Made by a program: the position numbers and the translations under genes. From contig NC_135259.1 in NCBI RefSeq assembly GCF_964204865.1, positions 19,840,001-19,904,000 of the forward strand: a DNA stretch of 64,000 nucleotides, written 5' to 3'. This document shows, in pieces, positions 12,662 to 26,400 of this stretch. The notes beneath the pieces were generated by a model that was given only the letters and a program-made list of their open reading frames with translations, searched no databases and had not been told where the DNA came from. Source of the DNA: Styela clava (taxonomy: Eukaryota). Numbering within the stretch: the stretch's first letter is position 1; each line of letters opens with the position of its first letter.

Positions 12662-13140
12662 TTGGGTTACCATACGTCCCGATTTAAGCGGGGCAGTCCC
12701 ACTTTTCGACGTCTTGTCCCGGCTTCCTGACCGGTCAGCCAGAAGTCCCGCTTTGGCGCTCAGCCAGTCAAAATAATACACGAACATTACCAATTAGCAA
12801 TTTTTCGAAACTGTTGTTGCTGTTTAACGTACCGGCAGCCTACTTACTGAAGGTGGATGCATGGTTTGATTGTTTCGTTGTTTTGATTGCTACAATTTTT
12901 TACGTGTAAGCCCCGTACGTCAAAGGGGTGCTTAACGTTAACGTAAGTTCCTTTATAATTTTCGAACTGAAACCGATATTTAGACAGACAGCGCACAAAC
13001 TCTCGATGACAATATGGACAACTAAGACAGCCGGGATGATTTTAAATGTAGGCCCCTAATGTAAAATCGGTAAATTCAAAGTTTAAAAGATGGTCTTTGG
13101 AGGCGTCCCGCGTTGAGGTCACAAAAATATGGTAACCCTA
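12662..13140. mobile_element. Non-autonomous hAT element family D (TAGGGTTACCAT termini)
   Basis: TIRs T(T/A)GGGTTACCAT / ATGGTAACCCTA; perfect 8-bp TSD GCCATAAT (12654-12661 and 13141-13148). Confidence 0.9.
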
Positions 13141-13622
13141 GCCATAATAAACAATGCGAATAGCGCTATCTTAATTAGCGAAGGAAGTTCGCGTTTAAGG
13201 ATGTTAAAATAAAAATTCTGGAAAGACTGGACCCCAGTAATTTTAAATTTTGTATAATGATCTTTGGTAAATATAAGTGAGTAGCCCTGACAAAGTGTTT
13301 GATTGAATATTCAAGTCCTCTGACCGCGATCATGATTGCTACTAAAGATGTATCGATACAACTTTTTTACCGGTTCGATACCTTCAAAATAGCCCGATAC
13401 CGATATTTCAAATTTTCGGCATTCAAAGAATTTATAATTATCATTGTTTTTTAGAGTATCGAACAGACGATATATTATTTACAGTAAACTTTATTTTAAC
13501 TATAAGAACAGAGTTATCCCAGAACATAATAATGCGCAACTTAAAATCCGTATTTATATTTCAAATGCATAGCAACTGAACTCACTGCGGCTCACTATAA
13601 AAATGTTTGAATTACGTGGAGG

Positions 13623-13871
13623 CAGTGGCGTAAATAGGATGTGGCAGCCATGGCTGTTTAGACAGGGACGCAAAAACGGCGAGAAGTTTTAATCGTAATA
13701 TGTTTCAATAAAATAATTTCAAATTGGAGACAACTGAAACATGCATTTTGACTTAAATAATAACGTACTGGTATAGCATATCAATAACAGTCATTAATCG
13801 TCAACCAACTATCAAGGGAGCCGCATTTTTCAACTTTGCCATGGCCGCCATTTTACGTTGATACGGCACTG
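13623..13871. mobile_element. MITE family C
   Basis: Homologous to 6488-6753; TSD CGTGGAGG/CTTGGAGG (7/8 match). Confidence 0.85.
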
Positions 13872-15696
13872 CTTGGAGGTAAATTGAGTACTTCAGAATA
13901 TACTAGACCAGCGGTTCTTGACCGGGAGGTAGAGGTGGCCACAATGCCAGTCGCAAAATTAATTTTATCTTTTCCTTTACAAGAAAAATCCCCGTTTTCC
14001 CTAGTTTCATTGCTTGGTAGATAAGGTTATTTCACAGGGTGTTTTACGATCAGTCACAACATTTTTTATCTGTGGAATTATTACTAGAAAATTTTTTATT
14101 TCTATTTTCAATAAATGCGATGTATCCATGGCACAACTATCAAATCCTAAGGTATCGAATTAGAAATACTCAACCTGATGTCAAAAACCCCCATATTGAT
14201 TCATAACGCATCATATCCTTTATTTGTTCTGTGCGATTTCGGTTATTACTAAAATTACTGAGATTACATTAACGCTGAGATCGCATTCCAAGGTGGCATC
14301 CATGAATTAATTCTTGCGGTTATTTGCCATTGGTATAAATTAAGGCGCGCTCTACATATATAGTGTCTCAAATATAGAGGGTTTGCATAATAACGCTTCC
14401 CCTACTGGTTTGCATCGGTGGATGGAAATTTCATTAGGGGCGCTGCTTTAGCGAGGAAACTATAAGTTGGTGCTACTTCGGTATGCGATCTCAGTGTTGT
14501 AAAACTACTTCATACTTGAGCTCGCTTGTTAACGTCATCTCAATCGCATAAAGGCATTCTCATAGAATTCGTGTCCTAACTCTGAGCGTGTCATCGCTGG
14601 GCTAGGGTAAAGTTAATGAATGAGATCGCGTACCAAAGCGGCACCCATAAGTTAATTCTCGTGACGTTACTTCCAACCCTAGAAATTAAGGTGCGCGTTT
14701 ACATGTATTGCGTTTCATAGATAGAAGGTTTGCATGATAACGCTACCCCTACTGGTTTGCATTGGTGAATGGAAATTTTATTGGGTACATTGGTTTAGCG
14801 AGGAAAGTATAAATTGGCGCCAATTCGCCTTACTATATGTTATTTGTAGGCAATTGTAGCTTATTATTGTTAGCTAGTTATTTTTGAGGTGGGCGCGAGA
14901 CTTGACAAATTATAAAAAGGGGGCGCAGTTCGAGAACCTCTTCGAGAGTCACTCTCATCAATACATTCTTACAGAATTCACCGTGTCGTCGTTTGGATTA
15001 GGGTTAGGTTAATGCTAAAATCACACAACCGATAAGATCTACTAGCTACCAGTGCTATCATATGCTATTTAAGCAGCAATTAGAAATCACAGAAAAACTC
15101 GCTTTATATTGATAGCATCTCCTCGATAGATGAACACACAATTTGATAATAACTACGCTAACATTTTTTGATTTACATCGATGACTCAGACGAGTAGTTG
15201 GAAATTTGGTATCCGCTGCTTGCCTACCATATATGCAGCAATCGGAAATTATATGAAGACGTGTTTTACATTAATAGCATTTCGTAGATGGATATTGAAA
15301 CACTTGTCTTTTATGATAACTATCACGCTGTCTTTTTTTTGGTTCACATTGGTAACTTCGACGAGTAGATGGAAATTTGATCAGCGAGACATTAACTCAG
15401 CAATGTAGACATACCTTATATCAGTCATCCGTTAAAACGAGTCGTTATAGTTAAACATTGTTAACCGTTGGAAAGCTTTGCAAGCACAGGAAGACTAAAA
15501 CGTCGAATAGGATTTAACTTCGAAGCATGACTAAGCGAGCTTTTTCAGATATTTCTATACAACGCTCATTCACAATTAAGTGACAACAACATGGGCTGTG
15601 ACAGAGCTCACCACACCACCCTCAAAGAATGATTTCAAACAATAAAATTATCTATCAATTTTATTAGGATTGGAGTGACTCTATTTAGAGTGACCC

Positions 15697-15998
15697 GTAG
15701 CGATTCTCAAACGGTGGTGCTCCCCACAAGGTGGGCGTAGACAATTTTTGAGGGGACGTGAAGCTAATTAAAAATAAAAATATTTGTTAGATTTTATCTT
15801 GCCCTCCTTATTTTGGATATTTACATTTTTTTATTTTGGATATTTACATATCATCCCCGCATTTTTTGAATAAAACATACCTCGGCCTTACTATGTAATA
15901 TTTGTAGCTTATTGTTAGCTAGTTATGTTTGAGGTGGGGCGCGAGACTTGGAAAAATTCTAAAAATGGGACGTGGCTTAAAAAGTTTGAGAACCACTG
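15697..15998. mobile_element. hAT-like MITE family E (CAGTGGTTCTCAAAC termini)
   Basis: Ends TAGCGATTCTCAAAC / GTTTGAGAACCACTG; same family as 41681-41901, ~39900-40073, ~26180-26445 and the partial copies at 32564 and 33247. Confidence 0.8.
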
Positions 15999-18900
15999 AA
16001 TTAGACTGACGTGAATGTTGTGAGGGAGATTTTGGTAAGACAAAAAAAATAATAATAAATTCAGGAGAATGAAAAAGTAAATTCATAATAATTCGAGAAA
16101 TCTTTGCATTGCTGCCTGTTATTCATAAAAACACTTTATAATGAGAACAAGAAAGCTATGCCCAAATATATGCGCGCGAAAAAGTAATAGCATTCTCGCA
16201 AAAAATGCAATCTTAAAATTTCAAAGCAATTGGTTCAGTAGATAAAGAAAAATGCAATATTCTCATAACTATAAGAAAAAAAATACCAAAATCCAAAATA
16301 TACTCGTATAGCAACAATAGTAATGCATGAATAGAAAAAAGATTCATAGGATCATTTCGTGTCCAATAATAAATAGCAGAAATGCTACATCGAACAAATA
16401 ATCATATGAATCATTGAACTGATGACTCAGTCAACAACTTCCGATCTGGAAGTAATATAAATGTGTGATTATACTAGCGAAGGTTTGTACAAAATATCAG
16501 GCATGATAATACAGACTCAATAGTAAGTATTCAATTTCACCAGAAGGTTAATTATTTTAATATTGTTTATCTATACTATGTGACGACAATAATATCATAT
16601 TGTTATATCACAGAATGATTCATGATAAGCTTTCGTTGGTCAATGCATAACTTGATACAAAGAAAACAACAATAACCAATGCAATATTCCAGTTATATTA
16701 TTCATAGTTCTTTGTTTCAATGGGGAATTTCATAAGAAAAAGGTAGCCGAAAATATAATAGAAAGTGTGATCCAACGCAACAACAACTTAGCTTAGAGAG
16801 TTATGACTATAGCAGTAAATACAATTATGAAAAACAGATTGAGGGTAGTCTTCGCTAAGTGAAGAAGTTTCTGTTGCACAGGTATCGAGCGAAGTTATGT
16901 CAGCCCATATCTCAAACAGTGCTTTCTATATATTTTCAGCAGAGCTCCATACTTGGTGAATGTTAAAATGTCTAAAAAATTAGACATAGGTGACACCAAT
17001 CATCACATTATTAAATCATTAATTTGATGCTTTTGGAGTCCAAAAATATCCAAGTTTTCGAAGAACGCGAAATAACACAACGGACTTTTGGTATATAAAA
17101 TATTGCAATGACATTACAAATTGAATTGTTTCTTTGGATGCAGCAATGTTATTGAGGAGTTATGGTCTCTTCCGTAATTTCATCTCACTGAACTTCAGAG
17201 ATTGGCGATTTAATATCCAGGAATTCCAATTAACGGATCGTGCACTATCTCGCCCGCCCTGGTAATATATCCCATTCAAGTTCGAGGAAAAACACTTATT
17301 GTACCACCAAGCCCCACTGTAATTGATTGCGCAGCTACTGGGATATTTGTCATTGTCAGAATCTTTCGTACTAAACTGCATATTGTTATGATACGTCAAT
17401 GAATCACCGGCTGTTCCAGAATATTCTCCAACTAACAATGTATAATTTTCGCTTGCAGATGAGATTGAAAAATTCCTGGAATAAAAAAATCTCAACCATA
17501 TTGATGATACAAATGCACGTTGCCGTGTGAATCGGCGTAGCGGGATTTTATAACATATGACTCAAATTATGCAAAGGTGTACAGGAATCTTCAATTTTTC
17601 ATCAATGAATATGATTGCACTATGAAGAAACGAGAAATACTACGATGATGGAATCACAACGTATATTCAAAATTTAATCGACGGGGATGAATCCATATGC
17701 AATCATTGTCTATTTATAACGGCAAATTAAATTTTATTACTTACCCATATTTAGCATATACAGTGTTTCCATTAAAATCTTCCAAATCAACTCTTAGTTC
17801 GTAACTTCCGTTTTTAGTCAGTTGATGGATTGTTTCCAACCCTGAATGTGTTGAATGAACACAGTTGAATTACTGAGAGCATGCATGAAGTCAAGCGGGT
17901 TGTAATATTCGAAGATTGTTCATGATTCGCAAACTTCAATTATATGTGAATGAACAACACTTCAGGACACTGTGTGTAATCTTCTGAATATGCTGCTATA
18001 TCCTATTAGTAATTGTAATCTAATTACATACCTAATCTAAGGCACTGCGCCAAAAAAATCTGTAGCCGTCTGACACAATATATTATTGATTGGACATTTT
18101 GTTCGTTTTTTTTTCTGATGTTGAAATGAGCTTCACATACCTAGCCAAATTTCTTTATCTGTTTCTCCGAAACCATCAACATAGTCATTCCAGCCTCTGT
18201 AAAAGTTTTCTGTTCCGTCCATTCGCCTTTGAAAGACCTTAGAAATATTTAATATGCATATTCTAATTTGCATAATATTCCGCTAGGCTGCCTTTTGCTT
18301 GTTTGTTACTTTTCAATATTAAAAGTGTTTCTGTTTCTAATGAATAACCAATCCGAAATGTTGAGTCTTGTTATCCAACAAGTACTGTACAATAAACGAA
18401 CCATAACATTATCCGCAAAATGTTATTGAAGTAGATAATATGTTTCGGTCATGGACTCATGGCCAACCAAGTCAATTGAAAAATTTCCAGTGCTTGTTAT
18501 ATACCAAGGGGTAGTTGAGTAAATGTAACATACTGTCCATCCACCTCCATCGGTTTCGAGGTCGCAATAGACTTCAACAGGTTTGTAATCTGATACCGGA
18601 TATATATCAGACTCCACCGGTGGTGTTTCGACTTTTTGCATAGGAACGATTCACAGTCCTGCAATCCTTCGGGAAACCTGTTGAAAAGTGAAAAAGTTAC
18701 ATAGTATTGCAACGGCTGAATCATCATAATTACTTCGTGTGTCAATGTGACTGTGTGCTAGTGATAAAAAAAAAAAATCTTAAAGTTATGAACACCAAAT
18801 ACATCCGTCTTCGATGTAAAAGATTCTATACTTTATAAAATTATACATAGCAGATATCAGTTATCCCCAGCAAACCTTTAGCGTCATTTCTACAATATAT

Positions 18901-19136
18901 GCCCATAATTTTAAATTGAATTTTCAAAATATATTCTGATGTAATACTCAACCTACGTTCGTTTATTGCCAATATCTTCAATTGTTGGTGAGAACGATTC
19001 AGACTTGACACATCTTGAATACATTGATTTAATCGGATTTGTTGTTCATTAAATTTGGACTGAAATGCCTCTGAATCTGTAACAAACTCGTAATATTTTG
19101 ATACATTATAGCAGTGATTCCGATTTTGGGTATTCC

Positions 19137-19602
19137 CAGGGTTACCATGATGTGATCAAAGACCAAAGCTGTGATTTTTTCAACTTTAAATTTACCGATT
19201 TTACATTAGGGGCCTACATTTGAAACCATCCAGTCTGTTTTCATTGACCATATTGTCATTGAGAGTTCAGGCGCTGTCTGTCTAAATATCGATTTCAGTT
19301 CGAAAAATAGAAAGGAATTTACGTTAACGTTAAGCACCCTTTTGGCGTACGGGGTTTACACGTAACAAATTGTGGCAAATATCCGCTAACAAAACAACGA
19401 CACAAACAAAACCACGCATCCACATTCAGTGAGTAGGCCCGTACGCCGCACAGCATCGAAAACATGCTAATTGGTAATGATCGTGTATTATGCTGACTGG
19501 CTGAACGCCAAAGCGGGACTTGTGGCTGACCGGTCGGGACGCCGGGACAAGACGTTGAAAAGTGGGACTGTCCCGCCTAAAACGGGACGTGTGGTGAGCC
19601 TA
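19137..19602. mobile_element. Non-autonomous hAT element family D (reverse orientation)
   Basis: Reverse complement of 12662-13140; a third, partial copy lies at ~36800-37108. Confidence 0.85.
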
Positions 19603-20770
19603 GGACCTAGGTATTCCTAATACGTTCGATAGTAAATACGAGCTATGGACATTCACTTCAAAGCTTAACCTGAAGATCTGAAATCATCAAAACCACTGAT
19701 TTTTATTTCAGTGCACTAACTACGAATGACTGACATATAGTTGAATCATCAGCAAAACGTGTTCCCTAATTCTACAATATTGGCACTCAAACTATGGTTA
19801 ATATTTTGGGAATCATCTCCCATTTAATATGTAACCTACCTTGTCTCTCAGATGTCACCAATTGTTGGTGAGAACTATTCAAACTTGAAATGTCTTCTAC
19901 AGATCGATTTATTTGGTTTTGCTGTGCATTAAGTTTGGAATAAATCACTTCAGCGTCTGTAAAAATTACAATCTGCGATTATATCTCAATTCCAATATCA
20001 GGAAAAGATTACAGGCTTAGTGGAGTGATCTCACATTGTGATTATTTTCAGATATGGCATGGGCGCTATTGCTAACCAAATTGGATTTTCACAAATTTAT
20101 ATAATATGGGGGGTCCATAAAGTCCTAAACATTTTTTTAAGTTGGAAAGTTTAAGTTGGAAAAAAAAATTAATTTATCGATACCATATATTGTTTTGGCC
20201 CTCACAGATGTATCAAATGAAGTAAAAATACTTGAAATCAAAATTGAATAAAAACCAACAAACCTTAAGATATATTGAGCACGACTTCATAACAAATTGA
20301 AATTGTAAAGGTACTTCATGGACACCCCATATAGCACTACGTGCCGTCATTACTGTACTTATACTCAGTAGTTGATTTATGGAATGCGCGGAAACCAATA
20401 CTGGTTACTCATATTGGTTAGTAAGGTAAGGATTCAAACTATTCACGAATATTCCATGTATTTTCAAAACAGTTTTTAACGCGAAAACATGTTCAGAACA
20501 TTACCGAGATATAAAAATAGGCAAATCTACTGCGCGACATTTTTTGCAGATGGCTGGTTGTATAAGCAAATTATTTGGAACGTTGCAAGTTGCTGAACAG
20601 AATGATTCATGGAGTTTTCTAGTGTTCGCGACACATCGTCAAAATATTTATTGAATTGTCCCGCCAGTTTTGAATACATATCAGACCCTGTGAAAAACGC
20701 AAATTTACGTTGGCATTTGTATCAGACAACAATGTCACATGCTGCATGTCGACAAACAAAATCTTTGCCT

Positions 20771-21059
20771 CGGTGGTGTAGCGCATCCATCAATGCGTTA
20801 GGGATACGCTTGCCACCGTACCTCTGATTAACCTGCGTGGGTTCGCAGGTTCGAATCACATACGGGGATGGCTATGTGCGAGTGGGTTGCTGGACTCCTC
20901 GTCGGTCGGTTACGGATTCCGAAAACAAACAAATACTTGGCTAACTAATCCCATACCCGACTTGGACTGGTATTCGGACGAGAGATCATAGTTAGCTATA
21001 TGATTATAAACCGTCTTATAGGCTACCCTTTCATCCAGGATAAATATGTAAATCCTATC
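20771..21059 (+). mobile_element. tRNA-derived SINE
   Basis: Pol III B-box GGTTCGAATC; body shared with 40558-40820, 48105-48423 and 61438-61728; 3' end TAAATATGTAAAT(C/A)CTAT. Confidence 0.75.
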
Positions 21060-22509
21060 ATTGTTGCGTATGTTAGCCAGTTCAAGCTCATAATTAGAAG
21101 CATGGTCAAGACTATATTTATGAAAATCGACTACGAATCTTATGGCCTCAAACAAGTAACGCTAGATCTGTGTAAATACCAGCCATGGTAGCGTAGAAAA
21201 TAAAATTTTTCATTTCGCAAATGTTTTTTATTTAGGCTCAATAACCCTGAACTAATACCAATGAGATTGATCGTATTCGCATGCGTCAACTAAGGCGCCG
21301 AGATCTACAAATAGGATTTTATCTTTGCAAATATTCCAGAATTACCACACGCTTTAATACAGTCTCTACTTATTATATATATCTAATTCAAATTGTGCAA
21401 GATTTTGATGTTTCTAAATATAATATATTCTGTTACCTAGCTTCTGGGAACGATTCAGATACAAAATGGTTTTCATGGTGTTGTTGAGTTGAGATTCATG
21501 TCCAGTCAGTTGTGTGTACAAGGAATCGAAATCTGCTATAATATTTGAAATTAGTAACTTCAAAACAATTCGTGTCAAAATTATTTGGGTCTGGTCCTTC
21601 CAGAAATGATATTTCGGCATCCCTAAACGAGCACTTCCTCGACCGACTAATGATTAGTAGCAAATTAAAATTGTTTATTATGGTGTTATAGTTCTTTTCG
21701 TATATATTCAAAACTATGAAAGTCATTTTATAATAGGAAATTCAAAAAATGGGGCTAATGATCCAAAATAAATAATTAGGTGCGGTCCAAATCCAATACT
21801 CGAAAGGTCCGGATCCGGACCGCGGTCTGCCAGTTGAGTAGCCCTGCCCTATACTTCAAGACAATCTACTTGGTATTCGAACTAATGTTTCTTTTAGATT
21901 TATGAACTCTCGCAGTGCAAAATTTATAGACTTATTAGGTATTCAAAATAATGTTTTTTCAAGATTTATGAACCATCGCAAAGTAAAATTGATAGACAAA
22001 GTGATAGACTTGGTTTACCTCTTGTTTTCTGGTCATAAAATTGCTCAATGGAAGAATTGTCCTGTTGAGTCTGCTTCATTCCCATTATTTCGTTCTGCAT
22101 CTGTTTAAAATGGGGCAATTTTTGTGAATTTATTAAGTTTTTTTACAATTGTTAAAAATCATTTTATTTTATGGCGCGAGTTAACAACACCATACTACAT
22201 TGGGGTCTAGTCCGATATTCAGTTGAGTGAGACCTATAGGTGCATTCTTTAAACTTCGTACAGAGTGAAGTTTACGAGTACGTAACAATGTCTCTAAATG
22301 CAATAGTGATTCATTGTACGTGTAATTCATGAAATATCTCATAAACACTTGACGCACGGTCACGTACATCCTCTCGAAATCTCACGCACGGCCACATACA
22401 TTCTCTCGAAATCTTAGGCACGATCGACGTTGAACAGAACCACTTCTTGGTCACTCAACCGTATCGCTTGTGGCCTGGAACCTGGCGAAACGTAAAATTA
22501 TGGCGAAGC

Positions 22510-23463
22510 GGGTCTGGTATAGTTTAGTACCACATGCACTTCTAGTTGGCCTGGCTCAACTATTTTTGCATATGTCAATCCTAACCTCTACCTGACTACG
22601 TCACCGAAAAATTACGTCATTTCGACGACACAGTGGCGTAATAAGGCCCACCAAAGTATGCGGAAGGTAGTCCAAAACGCGCAGACGATCATCCGAAATC
22701 GAGCAAGCTATTTCTCTCGTTTTTTCGTCACAACGATCCCAATGGACCTTTCCCCGACCTTTGACCCCCGGAAAATTCTTTCTATACTTTACCATTGCAA
22801 CATTTTCGGGGCTATTTTAAGAGTGCTTTTTCGAGTTGGCGCCTGTAAAATGGGGTATGTATTTCAAACCATCATTATGATTCATCGCATACAACAATCT
22901 GTTTTTTAAAAGTACCGGTAAAGAATTTCAGGCTAGTCTATCACAGCTATTTCTACACTAATTTTTATTACTGCAATTAAATTAAAACTCCTAGGAAGAC
23001 AGAGTGATCATTGAATTATCTGATTTTTATTTAAGTTTCCGAAACACAACTCAAAATTAACGAATAGAGTTCAAAAACGCGAAAACGAGGTAATGTTTAC
23101 AACCGCGCTTGAAAATCTGTCTGAGTGAGAAAAGTGTCTGAGCGGATGCGAAAAGGGGGCATTGTTACGTCACTTTTTGCATCTTACTGATTGGCCAAGG
23201 TCACGAAGTAAACAAGGAAGTCGATGCTCGGGGAAAGGTCCATAGGAGAGAGATCGCCGGCGTTAGCGAGTTCGTTATCAGCGGCGCAGATGCCATTTTG
23301 GGCGATCGTAATTATACTTTGACAAACGCTATGACGTGATGATGACGTCGTAGTGACGTAATTTTTGGATGGCATAGTCAGGTGGGGGTTAGGAATAACA
23401 TATGCAAAATTCGTTATGCTATGCCTACTGGAAGTACTTGTGGTACCAAACTATACTAGACCC
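22510..23463. mobile_element. TIR element family F with an 8-bp TSD, carrying nested element G (22742-23243)
   Basis: TIR GGGTCT(G/A)GTATAGTTT(A/G)GTACCACA; perfect TSD GGCGAAGC (22502-22509 and 23464-23471); absent from the paralogous FReD-B intron. Confidence 0.9.
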
Positions 23464-26400
23464 GGCGAAGCTAACAGCAAGGCTTCAGCCATTCATAATC
23501 AACCAAAATTTTCACTAATAGACATTCTGATGTTTTACTGGTAGATTTTTTTATCACAATAGGGCACCGATGAGAAATATCACGTTATCGAGTCTTTTTC
23601 GGACGAATTTCCCTCCCAATGTGGTCACCACACGTCTAATACGTCCCCACACGCTACAAATAAGAAAAAAAGCATTAAAAAATAATGTGATACCAAGACT
23701 CTGAGGGGCAATAGGTATCGGTTTCGTCGGACAGAGTCCCGCAAATCGTACTATGCCCTGATAAAGATAGACCAATAAAAATACAAAACCTATTACTGTT
23801 CCATTAAATATTAGCTGTATTCCACTTACCTGTCTGATCATAACAATATTAAAAGTGGCGAGTGCGACAATCATTGCCAAAAGTATTATTAAAGTTATCA
23901 CTTCATTTCTGATCTTTGTGTTTCTGCTCTCTGAAAAGATTTGAAATGTATTGTAAGAATAATGTCAAATATTCCGACAAATTTTACTTAGTTTTCCATT
24001 TTTTACAAAGTAAAACATGAAAAATAAACGGTATGCAATGTTTATCTCTTTTAGAATTTTGTAAAAATATGATGCAAGGCAACAATATGCATTTATCAAA
24101 ACATTGAAATATGCCGGAAACGAGACTACATAACCGAAACCTAAAATAAAAGTCAAAATACCCTTGCTCTATGGCGCCTCTGCTTCCATAAAATGAATAT
24201 AAATGACATAGCTAATAAACGAGCAAGAAGTCATAATGGAAGTTTTAAAAATTGAACACCGCCTTCATAGAGTGAACGTATGACATCTTATAAATAATTC
24301 CTGAAATACCTTTGCGCTTCTTTGGTTGAACTTGAACACACGTCATTTCATAAACGTTGTCATACGTTGGTAAAGTGTTGTTTCTTTCTGGATTTGGATT
24401 ATCTGGAATGTCACAGTAAAATTCTGTCTCAGCCGTAGACATCTTGACTGGTCGCTCGATTCTCGCAAACGATTCTTCCAGATGATTAAAATCTAATTTT
24501 ATACAGCTATAACTGTGGTGTAATATTCCGTAGTCATGTGATGAGTAAATGCATTTAAGCAGAATATTCAACTCATCAAACATAACATGTCTTATAAGCA
24601 TTTAATAAACAAATAAGTTAGGATGTTGTGAGTGGTATATGTTACTCGTCAGTTCGGAACAAAAATGTATTCCTGCATCTCAAATACTAACGAACAAGCA
24701 CAAGATTGTAGTCAAAATATATGACTGTATGGGTATTAAGTCATTAACGAGGAATTTGTGAGTGTTTACAAAAATTGTGTCATCAATGTTTTAGTTGTTT
24801 TTTGGAATTACTCACTGTTTGATCAATTAAATAGAGGTAACATAGAATTTAATAGGTATGCATGTTTTGATAGCATTCCTAATCGATGAGTAATCATTAA
24901 ATATGTTTGAGTCAGTGGAATGTTCAGTTGGTTCTTGTCTATTTCAACGTAGATATTTATCGCATAACAAACAAAGTTTGTGATTAAATATTCATGTCTT
25001 CGTACCGCGCTGGTGATTGGGATTTGTACCGACACAAATTTTTTACGGTCCGATACCTACAAAAAGGTGACGATACCGATATTTCGAATTTCCGACAAAC
25101 CAATATTATGCATTTAGCATTGTTTTTGAGAGTACCGGACGTGCTGAATATTATTTACAGTAAACATTATTTCATCTAGAAGAACAGAGTCATCACAGAA
25201 CACAAAAACACACAACTTTAAATACGTGATTCAAATGCATAATAACTGAACTCACTATGGCTTATTAAAACGCTTGAATTAATTGCATTTAACGTTGGTT
25301 ATGCAAAGATATACCAAGTTATACTTCATTATATTCTAGAAGAAATCAAAGAGTTGAATATATCGGAAACACTGATCCAGACTCATACATTTATCGATAT
25401 CGACAAAATGGTGGATATTGCCGATACGCCACGCTCACTAGAAGCTATTGTGGTACGAAACTTACGTAGAGCCACATAATTTTGATGACGTCATAGCGAA
25501 AAAAAAGTTTACCACTAAAAATTTCAAAGCAATTTGTCCAGTAATCAAAAAGAAAAGCGATTTCTTCAAAACGTGTCAAAGAACAACAAGACTAAGAACA
25601 ACAAAACGATCGCTATGTCCACTACGTGTCCAACTAGCCCCTGGCAGCAGAAATTCTTGGCATGTCGCTGGTCTGACATGGGCCAGGGTGTTTGTTTTAT
25701 CATCGTAGCAGACAAGAATTGTCTTGACCGAATATACTCAATAATATTGTGTATTATTCCACGATCAGTCACGGAAATTTTTATCTGTGAAAATATTACC
25801 ATTTTTATTTCGATTTTAATAAAAATGTACTGTATTCAAGACACGACTATAAAGTCCTAAGCTAAGGTATTGAATTAGAAATACATTTAACCCGATGTCA
25901 AAAACTCCCATAATGATTCATAACGCATCATATCCTTTCTTTGTTCTGTGCGAAAGCAGACATTCATGTCTTGCGATATTGTCATAATGCTTCGAATACT
26001 AGAAATGAAAACGCCCTATACGTCGATAGAATCTTATAGGTGGTTGGACACTCGCTCTTTATAATACGGCTTGATGGAGATTTCATTAGATGCGTCAGTT
26101 TAGAGAGAAATGCATAAATTTGCTTCGGTATGCGGTCTCAGTGTCGTAAAACTATGCTGTTACCTGATCTCACTCGCAACGGTGGGGCGCACCGCACGTA
26201 TACAATTATTTGAGGGGGCGTGAAGCGAATTATAAATAGGAATATTAGTTAGATTTGAACTTGCTTGCCCTTTTTGGATATTCATATATCTTTATTGTTT
26301 AGAGATTGTAGGGAGCTGTTGTGCTTGTTTTCATTATCTGTTATATTACTTTTGCCTTACTATCTGTCATTTGTATCTTATTGTCAGCTAGGTATTTTTA

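Larger units (their letters stand above)
17160..24442 (-). pseudogene. FReD-C: close paralog of FReD-B with a 2-bp frameshift in the first FReD exon (null allele, truncated receptor or assembly error)
   Basis: Exons 24442-24310, 23930-23830 (TM), 22100-22019, 21532-21437, [20687-~20579, donor lost], 19956-19840, 19076-18957, 18677-18534, 18237-18141, 17841-17745, 17475-17160. Exon 18677-18534 is 144 nt versus 146 nt in A and B (GTC TTT GAT -> GTC TGA), giving a stop at 18607-18609. All downstream exons are intact. Confidence 0.85.

Noticed and set aside
5661-24442. Identification as v-Themis or as a true FIBCD1 orthologue
   Set aside because: v-Themis is a vitelline-coat protein nested in a PKD1-like s-Themis gene, which is absent here; orthology to FIBCD1 cannot be established without a phylogeny.
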